Source of the DNA: an uncultured Gammaproteobacteria bacterium
GTDB lineage: Bacteria; Patescibacteriota; Patescibacteriia; Patescibacteriales; UBA12465
NCBI GenBank assembly: GCA_964570655.1
Contig: CAZMYU010000002.1
Span: 11,367-75,366 of the forward strand
DNA: 64,000 nt
Direction: 5' to 3'
Shown piece by piece: positions 28,731 through 37,575 of this stretch. Position 1 is the stretch's first letter. Each line of letters starts with the position of its first letter. The notes under the pieces are model-generated. The model saw nothing but the letters and a program-made list of their open reading frames with translations. It searched no databases and was not told where the DNA came from. A program made the translations under genes and the position numbers.

Positions 28731-28763
28731 AAAACCGCTGAGTATATTACTGAGCGGTTTTTT
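28731..28763. terminator. bidirectional rho-independent terminator (aaaaccgctgagtatattactgagcggtttttt)
   Basis: 10-bp stem, A-run/T-run, between convergent genes. Confidence 0.7.
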
Positions 28764-28780
28764 GTGTAGTTTGGAAGTGG

Positions 28781-29518
28781 CTATTTTTTAATTATTAACC
28801 GAACTTCTTTATTAATTTTTACCCAATAAATTCCTTGTTTCCAGTTTATCGCCGGTATTTCAGCATCATTGCTTATCGTTTGATTATAAACAATTTGACC
28901 GTTAGTGTTACTGACAATTACTGATGTTGATTGGTTGATTCCGGAAATTTTTACGAAACTTTGGCAGGGATTAGGAAAAATATTTATTTCAGATTTTTCC
29001 CAGGATTTAATACTTAAGGCTTGTTTCCAGTAAATTGTTCCGGTCTTGATTGGGCCTAAATTAAAGGAATCATTTGACTCCCTGGTTTGTCCGCCAGCTG
29101 ACACGTTTAAAATAATTTTTTTACCGTCGGGCGTTGAGCCTGGTATTTGACAATCTAATATGATTTCAAATTCTCTGACGGTATTGGCACTTATCACAAA
29201 GAGTACTCCGGAGATAGAAATTTGACCGCCACTGAATAATGGAATAGTTGACCCAATTTGACAACCATCAATTTTGACTATTATGTTGGTCAGGGATTGG
29301 TATAACTGGGAGTCACCACTTAGTTGGATTTTGATCCAGGTTAAATTCAGGCTTTGAGAACCAGCCACTACTTTGAAAGCAGCTGAAAAAAGATTGGTGG
29401 TGTCTGAAGATATAACTGGGTTTGGACAATTAGGGCTAGTCTGGAGTGTGCCAAACTGAGCCCTGGATATTAAGCTCATGCTTAAAAACATTACAAGAAT
29501 TGCTAAAATTTTTTTCAT
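28781..29518 (-). CDS. secreted protein with Por/T9SS-type C-terminal sorting-like domain
   Basis: signal peptide 'MKKILAILVMFLSMSLISRA'; C-terminus 'IFPNPCQSFVKISGI...GQIVYNQTIS...GIYWVKIN' resembles Por_Secre_tail. Confidence 0.45.
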   Translation of the reverse strand: MKKILAILVMFLSMSLISRAQFGTLQTSPNCPNPVISSDTTNLFSAAFKVVAGSQSLNLTWIKIQLSGDSQLYQSLTNIIVKIDGCQIGSTIPLFSGGQISISGVLFVISANTVREFEIILDCQIPGSTPDGKKIILNVSAGGQTRESNDSFNLGPIKTGTIYWKQALSIKSWEKSEINIFPNPCQSFVKISGINQSTSVIVSNTNGQIVYNQTISNDAEIPAINWKQGIYWVKINKEVRLIIKK

Positions 29519-29692
29519 GTTGAATTTTATTTATTGATGAATTTAAATTGTTAAAGTTCAAAGTGATTTAATGATTTAAAATATCAATCTATTCTTGTTT
29601 TGTCAATAGTCTTGGTAAATTCGTTAGATTATAGTATAGTATTAATAGAAAAATAGATTTTTTGGAAAAAGCTAAGAAAATAGCTGATTTTT

Positions 29693-31144
29693 ATGTTTAA
29701 AAATATCCCAAAATTTGTAATTGAGGCCTTGGAAAAACTCAAAACTGCTGGTTTTGAGGCTTTTATCGTGGGCGGTTGCGTGCGGGATATTTTGATGGAC
29801 AAAGTGCCAGTCGATTGGGATATTACTACCAGCGCTCGACCAGAGGACGTTTTAAAAATATTTGGCGACGATGCCAAATATGAAAATCGTTTTGGCACAG
29901 TTCTAGTGCCAATTAGAGACGAGGCGCAGGAGCTTTTGGATGTTTTAGAAATTACCACCTATCGTTCCGAGGGCAAATATAGTGATGCGCGTCATCCAGA
30001 TGAAGTCCAATTTGAAGACAGCATTGATAAAGATTTGGAGCGTCGAGATTTTACTATCAACGCCTTGGCCCTTGACCCCTTGGATAAGAAAGCGGTGCCG
30101 GTTGATTTATTTGGCGGGGTCAAAGATATTCAGAAAAAAATAATTAGAGCTGTGGGTGAGCCAATTGATCGTTTTAAAGAAGATGCTTTGCGGATGATGC
30201 GAGCGGTTCGTTTCTACGCTCAACTTGGATTTGATATTGAGCCAAAAACTGAACGGGGTATTTCTAAAATGGCTGGCGCTCTAAAATTTGTGGCCAAAGA
30301 AAGAATTCGGGATGAACTTATTAAGATTTTAAAATCCGATCAACCAGCTGATGGTTTTATGAAACTCCATAATTTAAAATTATTAAATTATATTATTCCC
30401 GAATTAGAAGATGGCGTGACCGTCAAGCAACATTATCATCACATCTATCCAGTTTTTAAACATAATGTTTTGTCTTTGAAATATTGCCCCAGTTCTCAGT
30501 GGCAGGTGCGTTTGGCGTCGCTTTTGCATGATGTGGGTAAACCGCGGGCGCTTAAATATATTGATGATCATGCGTCTTTTTATAATCATGAATACATTGG
30601 TGCCAAGATGACTCGGCGAATTATGGAGCGTTTGCGTTTTAGCGTGGAAGATACTTTTCGAGTCGTCAATTTAGTTCGCAATCACATGTTTTATTATAAT
30701 GTTGGAGAAGTGAGTGCTGCTTCGGTTCGGCGCCTAATTGCCAAAACTGGGCGGGAAAATTTAAGCGATTTAATTGATATTCGTATCGCCGATCGTTTAG
30801 GCTCGGGGCTGACCAATGGCTTGCCTTACAAGTTGAAACATTTGCAGTATATGATGGACAAAGTTCAGAATGATCCGGTGTCGGTTAAGATGCTCAGTGT
30901 CAATGGCGATGATCTAATGACAGAATTAAAAATCAAGCCGAGTCCCAAGATCGGAGCCTTGCTGGATGTTTTGTTGGCTGAGGTTTTAGATAACCCGGAG
31001 ATTAATACTCGTGAGCAGCTACTGGAAAGAGCCAAAATTTTAAATGATTTGGATTTGGTTCAACTTCGAGACAAGGCTAAATGGAAGATTCAAGAAGAAC
31101 GAATTGCCGAAGACCGTTCAATAAAAAGAAAATTTGGGGTATAA
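29693..31144 (+). CDS. cca: CCA-adding tRNA nucleotidyltransferase with HD domain
   Basis: 'FIVGGCVRDILM', 'RRDFTINALA', HD 'LLHDVGKP'. Confidence 0.85.
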   Translation: MFKNIPKFVIEALEKLKTAGFEAFIVGGCVRDILMDKVPVDWDITTSARPEDVLKIFGDDAKYENRFGTVLVPIRDEAQELLDVLEITTYRSEGKYSDARHPDEVQFEDSIDKDLERRDFTINALALDPLDKKAVPVDLFGGVKDIQKKIIRAVGEPIDRFKEDALRMMRAVRFYAQLGFDIEPKTERGISKMAGALKFVAKERIRDELIKILKSDQPADGFMKLHNLKLLNYIIPELEDGVTVKQHYHHIYPVFKHNVLSLKYCPSSQWQVRLASLLHDVGKPRALKYIDDHASFYNHEYIGAKMTRRIMERLRFSVEDTFRVVNLVRNHMFYYNVGEVSAASVRRLIAKTGRENLSDLIDIRIADRLGSGLTNGLPYKLKHLQYMMDKVQNDPVSVKMLSVNGDDLMTELKIKPSPKIGALLDVLLAEVLDNPEINTREQLLERAKILNDLDLVQLRDKAKWKIQEERIAEDRSIKRKFGV

Positions 31145-31157
31145 TAGGAATATACTT

Positions 31158-31247
31158 TAAAAATTCAAAGATTGAAAAATTGAAAATTGAAAGATTTTTA
31201 ATTAAGTAATCATTCAATCATTCAATCTTTTAATCTTTCAATCTAAA
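31158..31247 (+). repeat. 'gattgaaa'-unit hairpin (3 direct units + 3 complementary 'tcaatc' units)
   Basis: 'caaagattgaaaaattgaaaattgaaagatt' ... 'aatcattcaatcattcaatcttttaatctttcaatct'. Confidence 0.45.
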
Positions 31248-31251
31248 AACT

Positions 31252-31965
31252 ATGCGTAAATATTTATTAATTTTTATTTTAATCGGGTTTTTACCGCTTC
31301 TGGGTTGCACTCCCAAAAATCAAAGCATTGATTTGAATACGGAGTTACCAGTGGATTTAACAACCCCCACTACTGATATGGACAATAATCAAAATTCGGC
31401 AGCCACTTCTAGTGAGCCAAATGCCGATACTGCTAGCCAGACAGCTTATGCGACTTTGCCGGGTCAATTAGATTTGGCCAAGACTTATCAGTCGGCTATC
31501 ATAAATACTAATTACGGAGCGATTACGGTCAAGTTTTATCGCCAGGAGTCACCAAAAACTGTTAACAATTTTATGAATTTGGCCCAAAAAGGTTTTTATA
31601 ATAACACCAAATTTCATCGAGTTATTAAGGATTTTATGATCCAAGGCGGTGATCCCAATACCAAGACTAAAGATACCGCTACTTATGGAATGGGCGGTCC
31701 AGAATATAAGTTTGCTGATGAATTTAATAATCACAAACTCGTTCGTGGTTCTTTGGCCATGGCCAATTCTGGCCCTGATACTAATGGCTCTCAGTTTTTT
31801 ATTGTAACCGCCGAGTCCACTCCTTGGCTGGATGGCCATCATACCAATTTTGGTCAGGTGACCTCTGGAATGGCCGTGGTGGACAAAATCGAAGCTTTGC
31901 CCGGTAATGCTAATAATTTGCCAAACAGCGAAGTGATTATCAAAAGTATTCAGCTAATTAAGTAA
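31252..31965 (+). CDS. cyclophilin-type peptidyl-prolyl isomerase lipoprotein
   Basis: lipobox 'LLGC'; 'FHRVIKDFMIQGGDP' cyclophilin motif. Confidence 0.85.
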   Translation: MRKYLLIFILIGFLPLLGCTPKNQSIDLNTELPVDLTTPTTDMDNNQNSAATSSEPNADTASQTAYATLPGQLDLAKTYQSAIINTNYGAITVKFYRQESPKTVNNFMNLAQKGFYNNTKFHRVIKDFMIQGGDPNTKTKDTATYGMGGPEYKFADEFNNHKLVRGSLAMANSGPDTNGSQFFIVTAESTPWLDGHHTNFGQVTSGMAVVDKIEALPGNANNLPNSEVIIKSIQLIK

Positions 31966-31968
31966 TTT

Positions 31969-33123
31969 ATGATGAAAGTTTATTTAGATAATTCTGCCAC
32001 AACTAGAATTGATCCTCGGGTTCTGAAAAAAATGTTGCCCTATTTTAATAATGATTATGGCAATGCTTCCTCTATCCATTTTATGGGGCAAAAAAATGAT
32101 TTGCAGATTAAAGATTGCAAAGATAAGATCAAGAAGATTTTTAAAGCTCCTAATCACCAAGTTGTTTTTACGGGTTCAGCTACGGAGGCCAATAATTTTG
32201 TTATCAAAGGGGTCATGCGGGCTAATTCTTCTAAGGGTAAGCATATGCTTATTTCCGCTATTGAACATCCGGCGGTAAAAAATTCGGCCCAAGACTTAAA
32301 AGAGCAAGGTTATGAGATAGAAGTTATTCCGGTTGATAAAGAGGGACTTATTGATTTAGAACAATTAAAAAAAATGATTAGACCTTCCACGGTTCTGGTT
32401 TCAATCATAGCGGTTAATAATGAAATCGGTACTATTCAGAATTTGCAAAAAATTGGGGCAGTGGTCAAAAAATCAGGTGCTTATTTCCATACTGACGCTG
32501 TTCAGGCTATACCCTATTTAAAGATAGATGTTCGGGAAATGAATATTGATTTCTTGACTATCTCGGCTCATAAATTTTATGGACCTCAGGGCGTCGGCCT
32601 AGCTCTAATTAATCCCCAAATAAAAATTAAAGCGCTGATTAGTGGTGGTGGCCAAGAAGATAATTTGCGGGGTGGTACTTATAATTTGCCAGGCATTGTG
32701 GGGCTAACTACGGCTTTGATTTTGGCCTATCAAGAACGGGCGCTTTATCTTAAACGAGTCAAAGCCTTACGCGATTATTTGTGGTTGAAAATAAAGAAAA
32801 ATATCCCGGGGGTTTCGCTCAATGGCTCTTGGTCAAGAAGGACCCCTAATAATTTGAATATTCGTTTTGGTCAGGTAGAAGGCGAGGCAATTTTAATGGA
32901 CCTATCATTCAAAGGGATTGCGGTTTCCACTGGTTCGGCCTGCTCGGCTCAAAATTTGAAATCCTCGTCAGTTTTGTCAGCTATTGGTCTAAAAGATGAG
33001 GACCTCAATAGTAATATTCGCTTTTCTCTGGGTAAGTATAATACCAAAAAAGAAATAGATTACACTCTCAAATGTCTACAAGGCACTATCAAACGACTTC
33101 GAAGCTTTAGCCCCATTAAATAA
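31969..33123 (+). CDS. iscS: cysteine desulfurase (IscS/NifS family)
   Basis: 'SAHKFYGPQGVG' PLP-lysine motif, 'STGSACSA' active Cys. Confidence 0.85.
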   Translation: MMKVYLDNSATTRIDPRVLKKMLPYFNNDYGNASSIHFMGQKNDLQIKDCKDKIKKIFKAPNHQVVFTGSATEANNFVIKGVMRANSSKGKHMLISAIEHPAVKNSAQDLKEQGYEIEVIPVDKEGLIDLEQLKKMIRPSTVLVSIIAVNNEIGTIQNLQKIGAVVKKSGAYFHTDAVQAIPYLKIDVREMNIDFLTISAHKFYGPQGVGLALINPQIKIKALISGGGQEDNLRGGTYNLPGIVGLTTALILAYQERALYLKRVKALRDYLWLKIKKNIPGVSLNGSWSRRTPNNLNIRFGQVEGEAILMDLSFKGIAVSTGSACSAQNLKSSSVLSAIGLKDEDLNSNIRFSLGKYNTKKEIDYTLKCLQGTIKRLRSFSPIK

Positions 33124-33128
33124 TTAAA

Positions 33129-33183
33129 ATTACAAACTACAAATTACTAACTACTAATTACTAACTACTAATTACTAACTACT
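33129..33183 (+). repeat. tandem ~14-nt repeat 'ttactaactactaa' x~3 ending 8 nt before iscU start
   Basis: direct repeat seen; second locus at 53929..53961 before rplJ. Confidence 0.45.
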
Positions 33184-33190
33184 CAAATAT

Positions 33191-33631
33191 ATGTCTTTAA
33201 ACTATACTAAAAAAACTATCAACAATTTTCTGCATCCGCAAAATATTGGTGAGATTAAAAAGGCTGATGCCAAAGCGACAGTCGGTAATATGGTCTGTGG
33301 CGATCAATTATCTTTTTCCATCAAAGTTAAAGATGGCAAAATTCAGGATCTAAAATTTTTGTCTTTTGGTTGTGCTTCTAATATTGCCACTGCTTCAATT
33401 TTGACTCAAAAAGTGCGGGGCCTGACTTTGGCTCAAGCCAAAAAATTTGATTGGAACAAAATCGTTAGGGAATTAGGGGGACTACCTCAACAAAAAGTCC
33501 ATTGTTCTATTTTGGCGGTGGAGGGCCTCAAAAAAGTAATCAGTGAGTATGAGAAAAAGACCAAGGCCCCCAAAACAAAGATTAAAACAAAAACCAAGAC
33601 TAAAACTAAGAAAAGCAAGATAAACAAATAA
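33191..33631 (+). CDS. iscU: Fe-S cluster scaffold IscU/NifU-like with KTK-repeat tail
   Basis: 'GNMVCGDQL', 'FGCASNIATAS', 'HCSILA' three conserved Cys. Confidence 0.8.
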   Translation: MSLNYTKKTINNFLHPQNIGEIKKADAKATVGNMVCGDQLSFSIKVKDGKIQDLKFLSFGCASNIATASILTQKVRGLTLAQAKKFDWNKIVRELGGLPQQKVHCSILAVEGLKKVISEYEKKTKAPKTKIKTKTKTKTKKSKINK

Positions 33632-33634
33632 ATT

Positions 33635-34381
33635 ATGTCTCTTTACTTTTATATTATTGGCGCCTCACTTTTGACTTCGCTGATTTCATTGGTGGGAGTT
33701 TTGGTTTTGGTTATTTCGCAAAAGAGTTTGCGCTGGGCGATTATGTTTTTGGTCAGTTTATCGGCCGGAACACTCTTGGGTGATGCTTTTATTCATTTGC
33801 TTCCTGGAGCTTTGCTGGGACGACTAGATTCTTCGTTGGTATGGTTAATGGTGATTGTGGGAATTTTACTTTTCTTTATTTTGGAGAAAATTATTCATTG
33901 GCGTCATTGCCATGTTAGTCCTGATGTGAGTCATCCTCATCCAGTTGGTCTGATGAACCTAGTGGGAGATGGTTTTCATAATTTGTTGGATGGCTTTTTG
34001 ATTGGGGCTTCATTTTTGGTCAGTATTCCTTTGGGTATTACCACGACTCTGGCGGTCATTGTTCATGAAATTCCGCAAGAATTGGGAGATTTTGGCACCC
34101 TTCTGTATGCTGGTTATAATAAATGGCGGGCTATTTGGCTCAATTTGCTTTCAGGACTCCTATCAGTAATTGGGGCTATTGCGGCTTTGTTTATCGGTTT
34201 ACAGAATCAAAAGTTTGTTGATTTTATAATCCCACTGACGGCCGGTGGTTTTATTTATATTGCTACTTCTGATTTGATTCCGGAACTCAAAAAAGATTCA
34301 AAATTGGCCGATACCCTTCGGCAACTCATCGGGATTATTATTGGTTTACTTATAATGTTAATTTTAAAAAAATATGATTAA
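33635..34381 (+). CDS. ZIP family metal transporter
   Basis: 'HEIPQELGDF' ZIP signature, 8 TM. Confidence 0.8.
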   Translation: MSLYFYIIGASLLTSLISLVGVLVLVISQKSLRWAIMFLVSLSAGTLLGDAFIHLLPGALLGRLDSSLVWLMVIVGILLFFILEKIIHWRHCHVSPDVSHPHPVGLMNLVGDGFHNLLDGFLIGASFLVSIPLGITTTLAVIVHEIPQELGDFGTLLYAGYNKWRAIWLNLLSGLLSVIGAIAALFIGLQNQKFVDFIIPLTAGGFIYIATSDLIPELKKDSKLADTLRQLIGIIIGLLIMLILKKYD

Positions 34382-34961
34382 TCTTTCGCCTTTGTCTTTC
34401 GCCGGGAACGCTCTGGAGCCTTTCATCTCGGCTAAAACTATCGAATTTCATCATGGTCGTCATCATCAGACCTATGTTAATAATTTAAATGGCTTAATTA
34501 CCGGCACTGAATTAGAAAATAAGACTGTCGAGGAAATTATGTTGGCCACTTATGGTTTGAGTGATCGCTTGGCTATTTTTAATAATGCGGCCCAGGTTTT
34601 TAATCACGACTTTTATTTTCGCAGTCTCAAACCGGGGAGTGGGGAAGCTACTGGTAAAATTAAGGAAATGATTGTTAGAGATTTTGGTTCTTATGAGAAA
34701 TTTGTCGAAGAATTTAAAACTGTAGCTACCTCTCAATTTGGTAGCGGTTGGGCCTGGCTAATTGAAGAAAATAATACTCTTAAAATAATTAAAACCAGCA
34801 ATGCTGATAATCCGGTTTTGCATGGGCAAAAACCAATTTTAACTATTGATGTTTGGGAACATGCTTATTATTTGGATTATCAAAACTTGCGAGCTGATTA
34901 TGTGCTCGCCGTAATTAATGATTTATTAAATTGGGAATTTGCCCTAAGCAATTTAGAATAA
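34374..34961 (+). CDS. sodA: Fe/Mn superoxide dismutase
   Basis: 'DVWEHAYYLDYQN' signature. Confidence 0.9.
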   Translation: MINLSPLSFAGNALEPFISAKTIEFHHGRHHQTYVNNLNGLITGTELENKTVEEIMLATYGLSDRLAIFNNAAQVFNHDFYFRSLKPGSGEATGKIKEMIVRDFGSYEKFVEEFKTVATSQFGSGWAWLIEENNTLKIIKTSNADNPVLHGQKPILTIDVWEHAYYLDYQNLRADYVLAVINDLLNWEFALSNLE

Positions 34962-34962
34962 T

Positions 34963-35640
34963 ATGCCAAAATATCAAAGTCCTTATGTCAAAATCAAACC
35001 ACACATTCGCAGTCCTTATACGGTTATTTATTTAATTAGACATTGTAATCCAGATTACGCGACTGAAAAAATTATTGGCGATTTTAATATGCCTTTGTCC
35101 AAGATTGGATTGGAACAGAGAAAATATTTAACCGCTCAGCTCAAAAAAATAAAAATTGATCAAATTTATGCTAGCGGAATGCGTCGCGCCGAAGAAAGCG
35201 CCGAGTTGTTAGCCAAGCATTTAAGGAAAAAAATAAAAACCGAGATGAGACTCAATGAAATTGATTGGAAAGACTGGTATCGGATTAAATATTTCAACAT
35301 GTCAGAAAAGACTCGAACCAAGCGATTCAAATCTTATGTTCACTTGAATCGTCAATTAGACAAAATGCAAACTATTGCTCGTCGTTTGATTCATGATGTT
35401 TATCGCAAACATCATGGCAAGACTATTGCCTTATTTTCCCATGGCAACCTGATCAAGTCTATTATTACTAGTATTTTAGACGCTGATATAATTGGATTTT
35501 TGTCTTTGGAAATTTATCAATCTGCGGTTTCTAAATTAGTAATTGATCGGGATGGTTATGTCAAAATTAGTTATATCAATAATATTTCTCATTTACCGCA
35601 TGAGCCCAACGAAGACTTATTTATTAGTTTGGTGGAATAA
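34963..35640 (+). CDS. histidine phosphatase superfamily (PGAM-like) protein
   Basis: 'VIYLIRHCNPDYA' RHG-like motif; 'SHGNLI'. Confidence 0.5.
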   Translation: MPKYQSPYVKIKPHIRSPYTVIYLIRHCNPDYATEKIIGDFNMPLSKIGLEQRKYLTAQLKKIKIDQIYASGMRRAEESAELLAKHLRKKIKTEMRLNEIDWKDWYRIKYFNMSEKTRTKRFKSYVHLNRQLDKMQTIARRLIHDVYRKHHGKTIALFSHGNLIKSIITSILDADIIGFLSLEIYQSAVSKLVIDRDGYVKISYINNISHLPHEPNEDLFISLVE

Positions 35641-35671
35641 TCTTTTAAAATAGCTGTGAATAACTTCTGCT

Positions 35672-35704
35672 GAGTCCGGGCCCCTTAGGGGACTCGGACT
35701 TTTT
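35672..35704 (+). terminator. rho-independent terminator (gagtcc...ggactc + T-run)
   Basis: GC-rich stem-loop followed by ttttt. Confidence 0.5.
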
Positions 35705-35714
35705 GTTAATAAAT

Positions 35715-35737
35715 AGGCCGATTTTTGGCCTTTTTTT
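35715..35737 (+). terminator. second tandem terminator (aggcc gattttt ggcct + T7)
   Basis: 5-bp GC stem + T-run. Confidence 0.45.
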
Positions 35738-35762
35738 GTTGGTATTGATAAATTGAGCTAGG

Positions 35763-35791
35763 TTGACCGGAGTGGACTGGTGGTGTATAAT
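35763..35791 (+). promoter_or_regulatory. Pmra-like promoter TTGACC-17-TATAAT upstream of mraZ
   Basis: near-consensus hexamers, exact 17-nt spacing. Confidence 0.5.
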
Positions 35792-35828
35792 CATAGTATT
35801 AAGGTGATTAGTGGGGAATCGAGGTGAG

Positions 35829-35866
35829 TTGGTGCCTGGCACCAGAAGTCTGGTGCCAGGCACCAG
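35829..35866 (+). promoter_or_regulatory. 16-bp perfect hairpin in mraZ 5' UTR (tggtgcctggcaccag-aagt-ctggtgccaggcacca)
   Basis: inverted repeat verified; lies between predicted promoter and mraZ ATG; preceded by GTGGG/GTGAG MraZ-box-like words. Confidence 0.45.
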
Positions 35867-35887
35867 GGCTTCTAAATTTTTATTTTT

Positions 35888-36319
35888 ATGTTTATTGGCG
35901 AATACAATCACAGCTTGGATGACAAAGGACGCTTGGCTATTCCAGCCAAGTTTCGAGGCATCTTAAAAAAAGGAGCAGTCGTTACCAAAGGCTTGGATGA
36001 TTGCTTGTTTTTATATACCAAAGAACAGTGGTCTGAAATTGCCAAAAAATTTGCCAATTTACCAATTAGTCAGGCTAAGAGTCGAGCTTTTGCTCGACAT
36101 ATGCTCGCCGGAGCGATGGATCTAGAATTTGATAATCAAGGTCGCATCACTATTCCAGAATACTTACGAAAATTTTCAGTTCTAAAAAGAAAGGTAGTTA
36201 TTACTGGCCTCTATAATCATTTGGAAATTTGGGATGAGGATAAGTGGACCAAGTATAAATCTTCGACTGAAAAGAATAGTAATGCTATTGCCGAAGAGTT
36301 GGGCGAGTTAGGAATATAA
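35888..36319 (+). CDS. mraZ: transcriptional regulator MraZ
   Basis: 'LDDKGRLAIPAKFR' and second 'DNQGRITIPEYLR' MraZ repeats. Confidence 0.9.
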   Translation: MFIGEYNHSLDDKGRLAIPAKFRGILKKGAVVTKGLDDCLFLYTKEQWSEIAKKFANLPISQAKSRAFARHMLAGAMDLEFDNQGRITIPEYLRKFSVLKRKVVITGLYNHLEIWDEDKWTKYKSSTEKNSNAIAEELGELGI

Positions 36320-36323
36320 TTAA

Positions 36324-37265
36324 ATGGAATATTCTCACATTCCAGTCATGCTTCCGGAAGTAATGGAATATTTAAATCCACAAGTCGGGGAAGTGATAGT
36401 TGATGGAACCTTGGGTGGAGCCGGATATACCTTGGAGATAGCTAAGGCTGTTGGTGCCAGTGGTCGAGTGATAGCTATTGATCTGGATCCTGAGGCTATT
36501 AAAAATGCTAAAGATAAATTAAAAAATAATATTTTAAAGAACGTTACTCTGATTAATGATAATTTCGGTAATCTTTCTAAAATAGTTCAAGAAAATTTAA
36601 TAAAATCCCCTCAGCTTGTCGATGGTCTCGTACTAGACTTGGGATTATCGTCTTATCAATTAATTGATGAGACTCGCGGATTTTCGTTTCGCAGTTCCAA
36701 GTCGCTAGATATGGGCATGGGTCCTGGGGCCTTTTACTCCGCCGAAAAAATAATAAATAATTATCACCTTAAGAATCTTATCCAGATTATTAGGGACTAC
36801 GGAGAAGAGCCCCAGGCCAATCGAATAGCGAGAGCGATTGATACTTATCGGAAGACCAAGAAAATTACTAGCTCGCAGGAATTAGCTGAAATTATTAAGA
36901 AGGTGATACCAGCTTGGGGTGCCAAAATTCATCCCGCCACCAAGACTTTTCAGGCGATTCGGATTTATGTTAATCAGGAATTGGCCAATTTGGAAAAAGC
37001 CCTGGCTGATAGTTTGAAAGTTTTGCGTCCTGGTGGGCGCTTGGTAATAGTTTCCTTTCATAGTTTAGAGGATCGCTTAGTTAAACAATTTTTTAAAAAA
37101 ACGGCCGGAGGCTGCCAGTGTCCCAAAAGTTTTCCAGTTTGTTGTTGTGGTCATATTCCGGAATTTAAAATAATCACCAAAAAAGCCTTAATTCCAGGAG
37201 ATTTAGAAATCAAAAAAAATCCCCGGGCGCGTTCGGCCAAATTGCGAGCCGCCATAAAATTATGA
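36324..37265 (+). CDS. rsmH: 16S rRNA (cytosine1402-N4)-methyltransferase
   Basis: 'HIPVMLPEV', 'DGTLGGAGYT' RsmH/MraW signature. Confidence 0.9.
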   Translation: MEYSHIPVMLPEVMEYLNPQVGEVIVDGTLGGAGYTLEIAKAVGASGRVIAIDLDPEAIKNAKDKLKNNILKNVTLINDNFGNLSKIVQENLIKSPQLVDGLVLDLGLSSYQLIDETRGFSFRSSKSLDMGMGPGAFYSAEKIINNYHLKNLIQIIRDYGEEPQANRIARAIDTYRKTKKITSSQELAEIIKKVIPAWGAKIHPATKTFQAIRIYVNQELANLEKALADSLKVLRPGGRLVIVSFHSLEDRLVKQFFKKTAGGCQCPKSFPVCCCGHIPEFKIITKKALIPGDLEIKKNPRARSAKLRAAIKL

Positions 37266-37573
37266 ACTGCCTAAAATCTCGTCGAACTAAATCAATTTTT
37301 CCCAAAATCAATTTTTTGTTGATTAGCGTTTTGATTTTGAGCGGAGCCTATTATTTGGTGAGTATCAATAATTTGGTGGTCAAAAACTTTAAATTACAAA
37401 AACTAGAGCAGAGAGTCCAAGAATTATCAGCTATTAGTCAAGATTTGAACTCACAAAAAGTTTCTCTAGAATCTTATAATGATATTTCTGGGCAATTATC
37501 AAAATTAAAAATGACTTCAGTCGGATCTGTGAATTATCTAGTGATACCTAGCGATGTGGTCGCCAAAAGATAA
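37262..37573 (+). CDS. ftsL: FtsL-like small bitopic cell-division protein
   Basis: 103 aa, single TM + coiled coil, conserved position between rsmH and ftsI. Confidence 0.5.
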   Translation: MNCLKSRRTKSIFPKINFLLISVLILSGAYYLVSINNLVVKNFKLQKLEQRVQELSAISQDLNSQKVSLESYNDISGQLSKLKMTSVGSVNYLVIPSDVVAKR

Positions 37574-37575
37574 TT

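Noticed and set aside
33129-33183. Tandem repeats as CRISPR array
   Set aside because: Units are only 14 nt with no spacers; no cas genes; repeats abut start codons.
35829-35866. Sigma-54 promoter (TGGCAC...) in mraZ UTR hairpin
   Set aside because: TGGCAC words are present but no properly spaced TTGC(A/T) -12 element; palindromic structure explains the words.
35645-35911. 88-aa minus-strand ORF across the mraZ promoter region
   Set aside because: Covers terminators, promoter and UTR hairpin; no coding signal.
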